64,000 bases of DNA from an uncultured Poribacteria bacterium (lineage in GTDB: Bacteria; Poribacteria; WGA-4E; WGA-3G). The translations under genes were made by a program, and so were the position numbers. The DNA is taken from contig CATQHZ020000001.1 in the NCBI GenBank assembly GCA_958296135.2, positions 3,296,001 to 3,360,000 on the forward strand, read 5' to 3'. Below the pieces are notes generated by a model, which had not been told where the DNA came from, did no database searches, and was given only the letters and a program-made list of their open reading frames with translations. Shown here piece after piece: positions 19,619-29,672 of this stretch; positions within the stretch are counted from its first letter, which is position 1; every line of letters begins with the position of its first letter.

Positions 19619-20008
19619 GGCATCCTTTGCTGTTGGCGTGTAGCGTTTGGCGTTAACCGCGTTTTCTCATTGATATATTTTATCATATAAAAGGGATGAT
19701 GTCAAATCTTTTTGAGAGCCGTGTTGAAAAAAATTGACAGGGGGTGGGTAAGTCTCATTGAATAAGATACGCACAAAATGGGAACCGAAATCGTTCTCGT
19801 TTTCAGGTTTCGGGGGTTCCCACGCGGATTTCCATATCCGCCCGTATCCCGCCGAAAAATTAACCGAATTATTTTCTTAATCCTCAGGCGAGCCCTGACT
19901 CCCGACGGGGAAAACTGAATCGTTTCTCGGCGTTTCGTTTTTAACATTGAAAACGCGCAGGGAAATATGCTATTATCCCTGCAAAACAGAGAAAGAAGGT
20001 GAAGAGAA

Positions 20009-22126
20009 ATCACAACGATAACAACATTCCAACGGTGGCAACGGGGAATCTGTCTCATTTGCCTCCTTGCGACACTACTTTTCGCACGCGCCGCCACCGG
20101 TATCCGCGGGTTCACGGCGGAAAATGCCGTTATCCAAAAGGACTATGAAGCCGCGTATAAAGCACTTGTTTCCCCGGAGATGTGTCGGCAGAAACTACGG
20201 CACCTCACCGAAGAACCGCACCTCGCCGGGACAGAGAATAGCCGGAAGGTGGCAGAATACTTGCGCGATGAGTTTGAAAACTACGGCTTGAAGGTGCAGC
20301 TCTACGAATACCACGTCTACCTGCCACACCCGCTTGAGGTGCAAGTAGAGATGGTCTCACCTACCGCCTACCAAGCCATGGGAAAAGAGGCGAGTTGGGA
20401 GTGGGACAAGGACTCGTACGAAACGGAGATTGTGCCGGGATACAACGCCTATTCGCCCGATGGCGATGTGACAGCGGAACTTGTCTACGTCAACAAGGGA
20501 TTGCCGGAGGATTACCTATTTCTCAGGGAACAAGGCATTTCGGTTGAGGGGAAAATCTGCATTGTTCGGTACGGCGGCAGCTACCGCGGCGTAAAGGCGA
20601 AGGTCGCGGGGGATAACGGGGCTGTAGGCTTAATCCTCTACTCCGATCCTGCAGACGACGGCTACATGCGGGGCGATGTCTACCCGCGCGGCCCGTGGCG
20701 CTCTGCCGATGCAATTCAGCGTGGCACGGTGAAATATATCTTCCAACACGCCAGCGACCCGTTGACACCCGGCTGGGCGGCAACTCAAGATGCAGAAAGA
20801 CTCACTCGCGCCGAAGCGACAGACTTGCCTAAGATACCGGTTGTACCGCTGGCGTATCGAGATGCGCAACCGTTGTTACAAGCACTCGCCGGCCCGAATG
20901 TGCCATCGGCATGGCAGGGCGGCCTGCCCTTCGCATATCACATTGGCCCTGGGCCGGCGAAGGTTCACCTCAAGGTGCGCTGCGAGCACAGCATCCGTCC
21001 CATCTACAACGTCATCGCCACTTTGGCAGGCACGGAATACCCAGATGAATGGGTGATTTTAGGCAATCACCACGATGCATGGGTTTATGGCGCGGCGGAC
21101 CCCGGCAGCGGCACCGCATCGCTGTTAGAAGTCGCGCGATGCCTGGGCGCGCTCGCCAAAGCGGGGACGCGTCCAAAACGTACGATCGTTTTCGCCGCAT
21201 GGGATGCAGAAGAATTCGGCATCATCGGCTCAACCGAATGGGTCGAAGAACTGAAAGCGACGCTGAATCAGAAAGCTGTTGCCTACCTCAACGTTGACAT
21301 CGCCGCCACAGGCGGAAACCTTTATGTCAGTGCTGTTCCATCGCTGCGGCAGTTGGTTCGCGACGTAACGCAAACCGTCACCGACCCGGGCTCCTTAAAA
21401 TCGGTTTACGAGATCTGGCAGACGAGACAGGGGAAAGCAGTTCCGCAGGTTGGCAACCTCGGCAGCGGTTCCGACCATTCGCCGTTTATCGGGCATGCCG
21501 GCATCCCCTCACTCAGCATGGGATTTGGCGGCCCCTACGGTGTCTACCACGCCATGCAGGACAACTTTTATTGGATGTCGCACTTCGGCGACGCAACGTT
21601 TCAGTACCAGGCGGCGATGGCAAAGATTTGGGGGCTGCTCGCGTTGCAACTAGCGAATGCCGATATTTTGCCTCTTGATTACGGAACTTACGCGGTAGAC
21701 CTCGGGATGCCACTGAAGTTGTTGCAAAATGCCGGTTCAGAAATCAAGATTGCCTCGGAAATTGAAAAACTCGCCGAATTACTCGCGGCATGGGAAGAGG
21801 CGGCGGCTGCGCTGCATCAGGCGTTTGAAATAGCCCTGGAATCCGGAAACCTGCCGAATGTCGCAGAGATAAACCAGCGTTTGTATCAACTAGAGCGGCA
21901 TTTGACAAGTGAAGCAGGTTTGCCACTGCGCCCGTGGTTCAAGCATCTCATCTACGCACCGGGACTGAATACAGGGTATGCCGCGGTCATTTTTCCCGGC
22001 GTTCACGATGCACTAGAGGCAGGGAATGATGCCGAGGTCCGCGCGCAACTCACCCAACTGGGGGAAGCATTTCAGCGGATGATCCAAGGGATTCATGAGA
22101 TTCGGGGGCTCCTCCCCGACGATTAG
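20009..22126 (+). CDS. M28 peptidase, glutamate carboxypeptidase II / transferrin-receptor-like
   Basis: PA domain (RYGGSYRGVK, ILYSDP), GNHHDAW, GAADPGSG, WDAEEFG, GSGSDH; frame is open upstream of ATG 20180 through a signal peptide back to a stop at 20000; start uncertain. Confidence 0.88.
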   Translation: MTTITTFQRWQRGICLICLLATLLFARAATGIRGFTAENAVIQKDYEAAYKALVSPEMCRQKLRHLTEEPHLAGTENSRKVAEYLRDEFENYGLKVQLYEYHVYLPHPLEVQVEMVSPTAYQAMGKEASWEWDKDSYETEIVPGYNAYSPDGDVTAELVYVNKGLPEDYLFLREQGISVEGKICIVRYGGSYRGVKAKVAGDNGAVGLILYSDPADDGYMRGDVYPRGPWRSADAIQRGTVKYIFQHASDPLTPGWAATQDAERLTRAEATDLPKIPVVPLAYRDAQPLLQALAGPNVPSAWQGGLPFAYHIGPGPAKVHLKVRCEHSIRPIYNVIATLAGTEYPDEWVILGNHHDAWVYGAADPGSGTASLLEVARCLGALAKAGTRPKRTIVFAAWDAEEFGIIGSTEWVEELKATLNQKAVAYLNVDIAATGGNLYVSAVPSLRQLVRDVTQTVTDPGSLKSVYEIWQTRQGKAVPQVGNLGSGSDHSPFIGHAGIPSLSMGFGGPYGVYHAMQDNFYWMSHFGDATFQYQAAMAKIWGLLALQLANADILPLDYGTYAVDLGMPLKLLQNAGSEIKIASEIEKLAELLAAWEEAAAALHQAFEIALESGNLPNVAEINQRLYQLERHLTSEAGLPLRPWFKHLIYAPGLNTGYAAVIFPGVHDALEAGNDAEVRAQLTQLGEAFQRMIQGIHEIRGLLPDD

Positions 22127-23169
22127 GCATCCGCAACCGGCACGGCGGAAACGGCCTCTAATACAACGCTATCCCCAATCTGGGATGGGCAACCGTAGTC
22201 GGTTTGGACAGCGTAAATCTCTCCTTCCACCTCAACTTGATAGATGAAGTAATTCCCCTTAAACGCGCGGCCGACGATACGGCCGCCTTTCGCATCACAG
22301 CTGGCTTTCATCGTTAAGCATTCAGGACGGATTGAGAGGATGACTTCGTTGGTGGAAGTAGCGCGCTGACAAAGCGCGCCTACACGTATATGTCCAAACC
22401 GGGTCTCGGCCACTCCATCTTTCACGTGCACACGGATAAAGTTGGTTTGCCCGAGAAAATCTGCGACATACGCCGTTTTCGGCTGCCGATACACCTCTAC
22501 CGGCGTGCCAATCTGTTCAACCGTTCCTATCTTCATCACGGCTAACCGTTCGGCGAAACTTAACGCTTCCTCTTGACTGTGCGTAACGAGCACGGCACTG
22601 ATACCTTCGGATTTCAGGAGCGCGCGCACCTCTTCACGGGTTGCCTGCCGTAATCCCGGGTCAAGGCTGGAGAAGGGTTCGTCTAGCAAGAGCAGCCGTG
22701 GCCGCGCGACAATGGAGCGCGCCAAGGCGACGCGCTGCTGTTCGCCACCGGAGAGGTGATGTGGTAACCGCGCGTGGAAATCCGCTAAACCCACCATTTC
22801 TAGCACCTCCATGGCTCTGGCGCGCCGCGTCTTCTTCCGCATTTTTCGGAGTCCGAAGGCGACGTTATCAAGCACGTTCTTGTGCGGAAACAAGGCGAAG
22901 TCCTGAAAAACAAATCCGATGCCGCGCACTTCCGGAGGAACATGCACCTGGCCATTCGCAAACACGCGTCCCGCCACAGTAATCGTGCCAGCATCCGCCT
23001 TTTCAAATCCCGCGATGAGTCGCAGCGTCGTCGTTTTACCGCAGCCACTCGGCCCGAGTAGCGCGAAGATTTCGCCCGAATACACCTCAAAACTCACAGC
23101 ATTGACGACAGGAGGCTGGTCTGCCCCGAATCGTTTGGTAATTCCATTGACAGTCAGTAGCGGTGTCAT
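22123..23169 (-). CDS. ABC transporter ATPase (Fe3+/polyamine type) with TOBE domain
   Basis: GPSGCGKTT, LSGGEQQR, LLLDEPF; real start MTPLLTV at 23169. Confidence 0.9.
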   Translation of the reverse strand: MTPLLTVNGITKRFGADQPPVVNAVSFEVYSGEIFALLGPSGCGKTTTLRLIAGFEKADAGTITVAGRVFANGQVHVPPEVRGIGFVFQDFALFPHKNVLDNVAFGLRKMRKKTRRARAMEVLEMVGLADFHARLPHHLSGGEQQRVALARSIVARPRLLLLDEPFSSLDPGLRQATREEVRALLKSEGISAVLVTHSQEEALSFAERLAVMKIGTVEQIGTPVEVYRQPKTAYVADFLGQTNFIRVHVKDGVAETRFGHIRVGALCQRATSTNEVILSIRPECLTMKASCDAKGGRIVGRAFKGNYFIYQVEVEGEIYAVQTDYGCPSQIGDSVVLEAVSAVPVADA

Positions 23170-25088
23170 AACGTATGTCCCGCGCCGGAGGAGGGCATGT
23201 AGAGATTCAACGCAAAACTGATGAGGCTCAGTAGGCTCCGCGGAATGTAGTCCCCTAAAACGAGTCCGAGGAAAAACGGAATCGCCTTGCGATACGTCTG
23301 CCAACCAGAAAAACGGAGGATGAGGAACTTGATTAACCAACTCACCATCACAGGGAACCAGAAGTAGATAAGCCCGCCCCACGATGCCCCGGAAAGCACA
23401 TATCCCGATGGATGAAGTGTCCACCACAGCAGACGGGTGCGGAGAAAATTGAGGAGAAAGACGAACGCGAAGCCGCCGGACATAAATGCCACCGCGCTGA
23501 TATCCGGCTCCTTCGGATGCTGGAGCCAACTCTGAAGTGGATTGAAACTTTCCCACCCGAAGCGGCCGACAACGCCTTGGCAGCGCGCCAGCACGCCGTA
23601 ATGATACGCCACTTGTAAATATGTCCAGAATGTGGCGAGCGCGCCAACGCCGATAGCGAGTGCCATCCCCAACAGCAAGGTTTTCCCCGGCATACCTGCC
23701 CGTTCCCCAATGCGAAGTGACTCGATCTGGTTCGGCATCGGATGTGAACGGTTGCAACGATTAAAGGCGTAGAGGAACGTCATCACGGTGAGGTTCGCCG
23801 CACCTAATTGCCGCGTCCCGAACATGCTTACCATCATCTGGCGCGGGTTGATACCGATAACTTCGTGGTAAGGCGGCCCGAGTTCCGCGCGCACGCGCCC
23901 GATTGCCAACGCAAATGCAATGAACAGGGCATAGAAAACGCCTATCGCCCACAGCGACATGCCGGCGGCATAACAGAACGCGAACACCAGCCCGACGCTG
24001 ATAACTGTGAGCGCGGTAGTCGTCCGATAAGTGAAGGGTTCGCTGGTATCGTCGCCGCGTTCCCGGCCGAAGACGTGCCGGGCGAAACGCGCGAAATGCC
24101 GCCGCCCCATCCAGAGTGTCAGCACGGCGATGCCCACCCACGCGCCGGAGGCTCTGTCATTGAGATGGAGCACGCTGATGTTCGTCACACCGACAGCACT
24201 CGCAATGACACGCTCAGCACGGGTGAGCCAGAAGAAAAACCACGTCGAAAAGGCAAGATCCAACGGCATGAAATAGGTTAACCCGACAACCGCGAGGTTG
24301 AACGACATGGAGGCATACCCGATAGCGTTCCATGGACGCTCCGTAAAATGACTATCCAAGCGATAGTTCGGCGGCATCGCGGGGACAACCGGAAAAATGT
24401 CATGCAGTCCAGCCAGTACCCGAAGCAGCGCAGCCGCACCGAACCCAAGCCAAAGCGCGCGGGAACGGAAAAAGTTGCGGTTCGTTGTCATCTGCAACGG
24501 CAGCTGCGTTAGTGGGAAACTCAGTTTTTCGCGTTCCATCCACTGCTTGCGGAGAAGCAACCCGAGACAGAGCAGTGAACCGTAGAGCAGGAAAATAAAA
24601 CCAGACCAGATGAGTGCCGGCCTTATCCAGATACGGAGGTGTTCTGCCCAATAAATGCTAGATTCACCCTCATAATAGCCGGCTAGCCATTCGTAGTCAT
24701 GCACAGTGAGCCACGCCGGTATATGGTGCAGGAAGAGTTGGGCCCACTCGTTTTCGGCACTCGCGAACCAGAAAGGATGCGCGAGGGTTCCCATCAGAAT
24801 TGCCATCATCGCATGGCCGGAGATAGTGGACACCATCGTCACCATAATGTAGATGAGCAGCAATTCCGCGGCGGTAAAGGCGACGCTCGGCGACAGTTTC
24901 CGAAGCAGCACGTTGAGCGCGAGGAGCACCACTAACGTAAAAACCGCGTTGGAAAACGGCGAGACTAGCGTGTAGACTGCATACCACAATTCACTAGCTA
25001 TCCCCACCCAATACGCATTGACGATGACGAGGATGAGGCCAACGATTATCGCTTTTTTGGTGATGACATTGGGAGATTTTTGGGGCAT
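23166..25088 (-). CDS. polytopic membrane protein, DUF6785/DUF6784 (OPT-like peptide transporter) type
   Basis: About 15 TM segments, QWMEREKLSFPL, RVRAELG, WWTLHPSG, PFFLGLVLGD. Confidence 0.7.
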   Translation of the reverse strand: MPQKSPNVITKKAIIVGLILVIVNAYWVGIASELWYAVYTLVSPFSNAVFTLVVLLALNVLLRKLSPSVAFTAAELLLIYIMVTMVSTISGHAMMAILMGTLAHPFWFASAENEWAQLFLHHIPAWLTVHDYEWLAGYYEGESSIYWAEHLRIWIRPALIWSGFIFLLYGSLLCLGLLLRKQWMEREKLSFPLTQLPLQMTTNRNFFRSRALWLGFGAAALLRVLAGLHDIFPVVPAMPPNYRLDSHFTERPWNAIGYASMSFNLAVVGLTYFMPLDLAFSTWFFFWLTRAERVIASAVGVTNISVLHLNDRASGAWVGIAVLTLWMGRRHFARFARHVFGRERGDDTSEPFTYRTTTALTVISVGLVFAFCYAAGMSLWAIGVFYALFIAFALAIGRVRAELGPPYHEVIGINPRQMMVSMFGTRQLGAANLTVMTFLYAFNRCNRSHPMPNQIESLRIGERAGMPGKTLLLGMALAIGVGALATFWTYLQVAYHYGVLARCQGVVGRFGWESFNPLQSWLQHPKEPDISAVAFMSGGFAFVFLLNFLRTRLLWWTLHPSGYVLSGASWGGLIYFWFPVMVSWLIKFLILRFSGWQTYRKAIPFFLGLVLGDYIPRSLLSLISFALNLYMPSSGAGHTL

Positions 25089-25251
25089 TTTGACGATGGC
25101 GAGGGGAACCCTCGGCGATTAGCGTTCGCCGGGCCCTCGCCTTCTGCTTATTTCTCAGTAGGGCAAGACTGTCTCGTCTTGCTCTGTTCGGGCTCCCGAT
25201 GTCACTAACATCGGCGAGTTGCGAACCCGAGCGACTCAGGTGAATTCGGTA

Positions 25252-26808
25252 CTATTCCTCAGAAGTTGCCGCGCCTTCTCCCGGTTTTTCAACTTCTGTG
25301 GAGGAGAGGGACTCGGCACTCTCGGGCGGCGGGTTGAGGTATTTGTCAATCTCGCCAGCTTTGATGATGCGGAGGGCCTCCTGCAATTGCTTGTCGTATG
25401 CTAAATTCACGACGCGTTCAATGCCGACGTTGAGGTTAAACAGCTGCTCCGCACGCAGTTTTAACCACCGCAGTCCGACGCGGATGCCATCTGCCTCCAG
25501 AGATTGCTGTAACGCCGGCAGGGCATCCGCCAGTTTCGCGAACTCTTTGGGCGTTTCTCCCGTCCGCTTCAATTCATCCTCAATCCATTCTGTGACGAAA
25601 TCTTCCACTGCGTCTTGCTCCGCAGCCATCCGCTGCATCACCTGTGCAATGCGCCCATATTTCTCAAGAGAGACAGCGACGTGTGGGGTGATGCCAGCTT
25701 TATGGATGGAGGTGCCGTTCGGCGTATAATAGGTGGAAATCGTCAGCGACATTGCACCGATGGTGTCGGAAGGCCCCAGCGGGTAGCGTTTTTGGACGAC
25801 ACCTTTGCCGAAGGTTTTTTGCCCGACTAGGAGGCCGCGGCGGGTATCTTTCACCGCGCCCGCGACGATTTCAGACGCACTCGCGCTGTATTCATTCACT
25901 AGCACAACCAGGGGCATAGCCGCATCACACAAGAGGTGCGGACTTGCAGGATACTCCTCGTTAAACTCACTTCGGCGTTCGTTCCGAGTGGAGACGATCG
26001 GCCCCTCGTCAATGAACGCATCGGCGACGTGATATGCAGCGTTGAGAAGCCCACCCTGATTGTCCCGCAAATCCAGAATGAGTGCCTTCATGCCAGCAGC
26101 GTTATGCGCAGCAAGGGCGTTGTTGAATTCCTCTTCTGTCCCACCCTTCCTGCCGCTCCCGATAAACTTCGTGATATGGATATAGCCGATAGACTCCTCA
26201 AGCATCGTTGACATGACGCTCGTAATCGGAATCCTAGCACGCGTGAGCGTCACCTCAAACGGCTTCAGAAATTCGCGCTGCACGGTAATTGTCACCTCCG
26301 TGCCCAGTTTCCCGCGCAGCATATCAACGACATCGTTAATCATCATACCCGTTTTTTCGGTGAGGTGGATGCGCTGCCCGTTGACTTTAGTGATATAATC
26401 ACCGGCGCGGAGCCCGTGTGACTCAGCAGGAGTACCGGTAAGCGGTTTAGAAATCTTGATGAACCCACGATGGTCTGGATAGATATGGATGCCGAGCCCG
26501 CCAAACCCCGCATTATAGAGATTCTCAACGGAACGTTGATGGTCCCGTTCGGATATGTAGTAGGTATACGGATCGCCGATAGCAGCGAGCGCGCCTTTAA
26601 TCGCACCGAGGTACATCTCATCGCTGTCAACAGGTTCGTAGTAATTTTTCTCGGCGATAGAAACCGCACCCATCAGGGCGCGGTTGAGCATCGCGCGGGT
26701 GATGCGTTCATCGCCACTCATCGCCTCTTTTTCACCGGAATGGATGAGGAAGAACGGAATGCCGATAGCGGCAAGGATGACGATGACGGATAATGTGTAT
26801 CTTTTCAT
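25252..26808 (-). CDS. ctpA: S41 carboxy-terminal processing protease
   Basis: DPYTYY, PDZ domain, LDLRDNQGG, SASASEIVAG, TFGKGVVQ. Confidence 0.9.
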   Translation of the reverse strand: MKRYTLSVIVILAAIGIPFFLIHSGEKEAMSGDERITRAMLNRALMGAVSIAEKNYYEPVDSDEMYLGAIKGALAAIGDPYTYYISERDHQRSVENLYNAGFGGLGIHIYPDHRGFIKISKPLTGTPAESHGLRAGDYITKVNGQRIHLTEKTGMMINDVVDMLRGKLGTEVTITVQREFLKPFEVTLTRARIPITSVMSTMLEESIGYIHITKFIGSGRKGGTEEEFNNALAAHNAAGMKALILDLRDNQGGLLNAAYHVADAFIDEGPIVSTRNERRSEFNEEYPASPHLLCDAAMPLVVLVNEYSASASEIVAGAVKDTRRGLLVGQKTFGKGVVQKRYPLGPSDTIGAMSLTISTYYTPNGTSIHKAGITPHVAVSLEKYGRIAQVMQRMAAEQDAVEDFVTEWIEDELKRTGETPKEFAKLADALPALQQSLEADGIRVGLRWLKLRAEQLFNLNVGIERVVNLAYDKQLQEALRIIKAGEIDKYLNPPPESAESLSSTEVEKPGEGAATSEE

Positions 26809-26928
26809 GGTTTTGCCTCTCTGTCGTTTAAAGTTACCTAGGTATTTCCAAGTGTCCCCTTATTTTAACATAATTTACACGTTCATGCAACATGATTTTC
26901 TAGGCCTGCCGCAAATCTATCATGACCG

Positions 26929-26955
26929 GTAGGCGCGGTTTCAAACCGCGCCTAC
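26929..26955. repeat. GTAG-REP family D, GTAGGCGCGGTTTCAAACCGCGCCTAC
   Basis: Near-perfect palindrome; relatives at ~1814, 8947, 10417, 12321, 15629, 22358, 29592, 54458, 56652, 60518. Confidence 0.85.
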
Positions 26956-28022
26956 GGCGAGTGTGCTGCATCAGTCTTTTTTCCTTCCCGCACGAACCGG
27001 CTTTCCCGTCTCGCCTGCCACGCAGGATGCGGCTGCGTCTTCCACCGGTTGTGAAGCCACAGCCACTGCTCCGGGTATTCGCGAATATACCCCTCTAAAT
27101 GCTTCAGCAGACATGCTGTCCAGACCTCAACGTCGCGCTCAAAATTGTCGGAGACTTCCAGCTGCATCGGTGGCAAAATGTGAACGCGGTGCCGGTCATC
27201 GGGCTGACGGATGTCTAAGGAGAAGAGGAGCGGCGCACCAGTCTTCAGCGCAAGCGCGACGGGGCCCCGCACCGCTGAAGCCGGTCTCCCGAAAAAATCG
27301 ACGAATACGCCTTCCCGGCCGGCGTTCTGATCTGCGAAAAATCCGACCGCGGCATTATCCTTCAGCGCGCGCAAAGTTTCTCGCACGGCGCGCTTCCGTG
27401 GAATTAATTCCAAACTGAGGTGCTCGCGATACTGCCAGATATAGGCGTTCAGTTTCACATTTTTCAACGGAAAAGCGATGGCTTTCGCCTGATGCGGAAT
27501 GAGCGCGCCGTAAACCAGCGAGAGGAACTCCCAATTCCCAAAGTGTGGCAGAAAGACGATGGCCCCTTTTCCTTGTGCCAAAGCGGCATGGAGATGTTCC
27601 GCGCCCTCCACGGTAACCTCGCGCCAGATATTCTCTGCATCAAACAGCGGAAACCGAAGAAATTCGATGCAGGTTTTGCCGAGATTGATAAAGCATTTCC
27701 TGCAAATCTCTGGTATGGATTGAGCGGGCAGATATGAACGACATCCATCCTTACAAGCGTTTTCGCCGAACGCAAGCTGAAGGTTATCTAGGGCGGTCTG
27801 CCGCCGTTTTTTTAGCAAATAATAGAGCAGTTTGCCTATCCCGCTGCCGAGGCGCATCGCCCACGGTTTGGGAAGTTGCCGGCAGAACCAACCGAAACTC
27901 CGAACAATTTGATAGACAAGGGTATCTGTCGCGCGCTGCCAAAGCGAATCAGGATTTTCAGGTTGATAGGATTGGACAAAATTACGGCTTCTGTTGCTGG
28001 AAACGTGATTCTTTAAAAACAT
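26952..28022 (-). CDS. lpxL: lipid A biosynthesis lauroyl/myristoyl acyltransferase (LpxL/HtrB family)
   Basis: HFGNWE, ADQNAG, FVDFFGRPA, PEQWLWLHNRWK; start approximate. Confidence 0.85.
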   Translation of the reverse strand: MFLKNHVSSNRSRNFVQSYQPENPDSLWQRATDTLVYQIVRSFGWFCRQLPKPWAMRLGSGIGKLLYYLLKKRRQTALDNLQLAFGENACKDGCRSYLPAQSIPEICRKCFINLGKTCIEFLRFPLFDAENIWREVTVEGAEHLHAALAQGKGAIVFLPHFGNWEFLSLVYGALIPHQAKAIAFPLKNVKLNAYIWQYREHLSLELIPRKRAVRETLRALKDNAAVGFFADQNAGREGVFVDFFGRPASAVRGPVALALKTGAPLLFSLDIRQPDDRHRVHILPPMQLEVSDNFERDVEVWTACLLKHLEGYIREYPEQWLWLHNRWKTQPHPAWQARRESRFVREGKKTDAAHSP

Positions 28023-28196
28023 GATGGAGAGAGTATACCATATCTCTTCACAAAAGGCAAACCGGGGCCGTCCGCGGCGATTTTTCATTGGCATAAAACG
28101 GGAAATCTTGTAAAATGACTGCAATTCCTATAGATATTAAGGAACTAACGGTGTTATCGGAACGGATTCTTTTTTACTCCAACGGAGGGAAAACCA

Positions 28197-29195
28197 ATGG
28201 CTAACTCAGCGGGAATTACTAGAACAATCGTGTCCATGTATCGTAACCATTTCGGGCTGTTTTGTCGGATTCTGCTGCCCGTGCTTATCCTCGCAATTTT
28301 AGTTGACATCGCGCTGTTTTTCCGAACCGCAGAGGAACTTCCGGCGGAGTTCAAGGTTGGATGGAACGTTAACACAGTTGATGGCATCGGCACCCTGGAC
28401 ATTTCGCAGCGCGAGCCGGGGTTTGACGCGAGATTCGGATTCTTTCCCTCTGTCAGATTAACGAGAGAGGATGGGAGCACTTGGATATGGAGCCTCGACC
28501 TTCGGAATTTCCGAAACGTCAATTACTACAGTCTCCTCCTACTCGTGCTTTGCCCATTATCCCTCGCTGTCGCCCAACTTTATGGCGGACAGAAGATAAC
28601 CGCTAGAGAGGTGTGGCGGCACACCGGGCGCAGCATCTGGAAGGTCTTAGGAACAAACCTCCTCTTGGTGCTCATTTTGGATGGGCTCACTATTTTCTTC
28701 TCCTTCGCGTTACGCTGGTTTATACCGTGGGCAGTTTTCAAATCTATGTTTACAATAACCGTGGCGCACACCTATTTTCTCGTGTACGTCAGTCTCTATA
28801 ATCCGTGCCTCATGCTTGAGCAGCACTCTGTGCTATCGGTTTTCCGCCGCAGCTATGCGTTGGTGAAAGGAAATTGGTGGCGGTTTTTCCTCATTTATCT
28901 CGTGACATCATGGGTGGCCTCAACACTTACCTCGGTGCTTCTGGGTTGCGCATTGCTGACGTTTTCAGTCTTTACGCCGGAACTCTCGTCGATTCGCGAG
29001 ATATTGTTTCCATTCAATTTCTTCACACTGTTCCTCGGTGCCAATGTTGACGTGAGCTTAGCCAATTTACCGGGCGTTCCCACGACGGTGGCCATACTTG
29101 CCGCCAGAGGGTTGATTCTTGCATGCCTAGTCCCTATTTGGGCAATTGTGCCGACGCGTCTTTATCTGGAAAGGGCTACGGAGGAGGCATGCTAG
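28197..29195 (+). CDS. integral membrane protein (GDPD-membrane-domain-like)
   Basis: Multiple TM segments, RRSYALVKGNWWRFF motif, GGAGG RBS. Confidence 0.6.
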   Translation: MANSAGITRTIVSMYRNHFGLFCRILLPVLILAILVDIALFFRTAEELPAEFKVGWNVNTVDGIGTLDISQREPGFDARFGFFPSVRLTREDGSTWIWSLDLRNFRNVNYYSLLLLVLCPLSLAVAQLYGGQKITAREVWRHTGRSIWKVLGTNLLLVLILDGLTIFFSFALRWFIPWAVFKSMFTITVAHTYFLVYVSLYNPCLMLEQHSVLSVFRRSYALVKGNWWRFFLIYLVTSWVASTLTSVLLGCALLTFSVFTPELSSIREILFPFNFFTLFLGANVDVSLANLPGVPTTVAILAARGLILACLVPIWAIVPTRLYLERATEEAC

Positions 29196-29574
29196 AATCA
29201 CCTCCTGCTGCGCAAGCCCATAGACGCGAAACGCCCATCCGCCAACCGATGGGTTTCGCGGAGATCTTGGATACAACGTTCACTCTTTCCTCGCCGCAAC
29301 CTACGATGGGAGCGAGATGAAACTCTACTACGATGGAGAAGTGAAGGTGGAAACCGACGCGAAAGGCAAGATTGATACCAACGACGTACCAGTCTCTATC
29401 GGCAGAAATAGCGAAGGGCATCGAGAGCACTACGTCGGCCTTATTGATGATGTCGCTATCTGGAGCGTCGCGCTCACTGAAGACGAGGTGAACCAAGCGA
29501 TGGACAAGGTTTTCCCCGTTGAGGCGTTGGACAAACTGCCGGCCCGCTGGGGTGAGTTGAAGAGTCGGTTTTAA
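29189..29574 (+). pseudogene. chimeric remnant: N-terminus of a membrane-protein paralogue joined to a LamG-domain C-terminal fragment
   Basis: MLESPP…QPMGFAEILDTTFTL breaks at ~29288 into a different frame reading FLAATYDGSEMKLYYDG…GLIDDVAIWSVAL…KLPARWGELK. Confidence 0.6.
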
Positions 29575-29672
29575 TCGCAGCCCGTTCCCGGTAGGCGCGC
29601 CCCTTTGTGGAACGTCAAACCGTGCCTACGGCCCGTCAGTAGGGTGAGCTCGCTCTACAGACACGCTTAGGA

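Noticed and set aside
23170-23757. N-terminal 196 aa extension of the ABC ATPase in the ORF track
   Set aside because: It overlaps the upstream membrane gene in another frame; the ATPase begins at MTPLLTV (23169).
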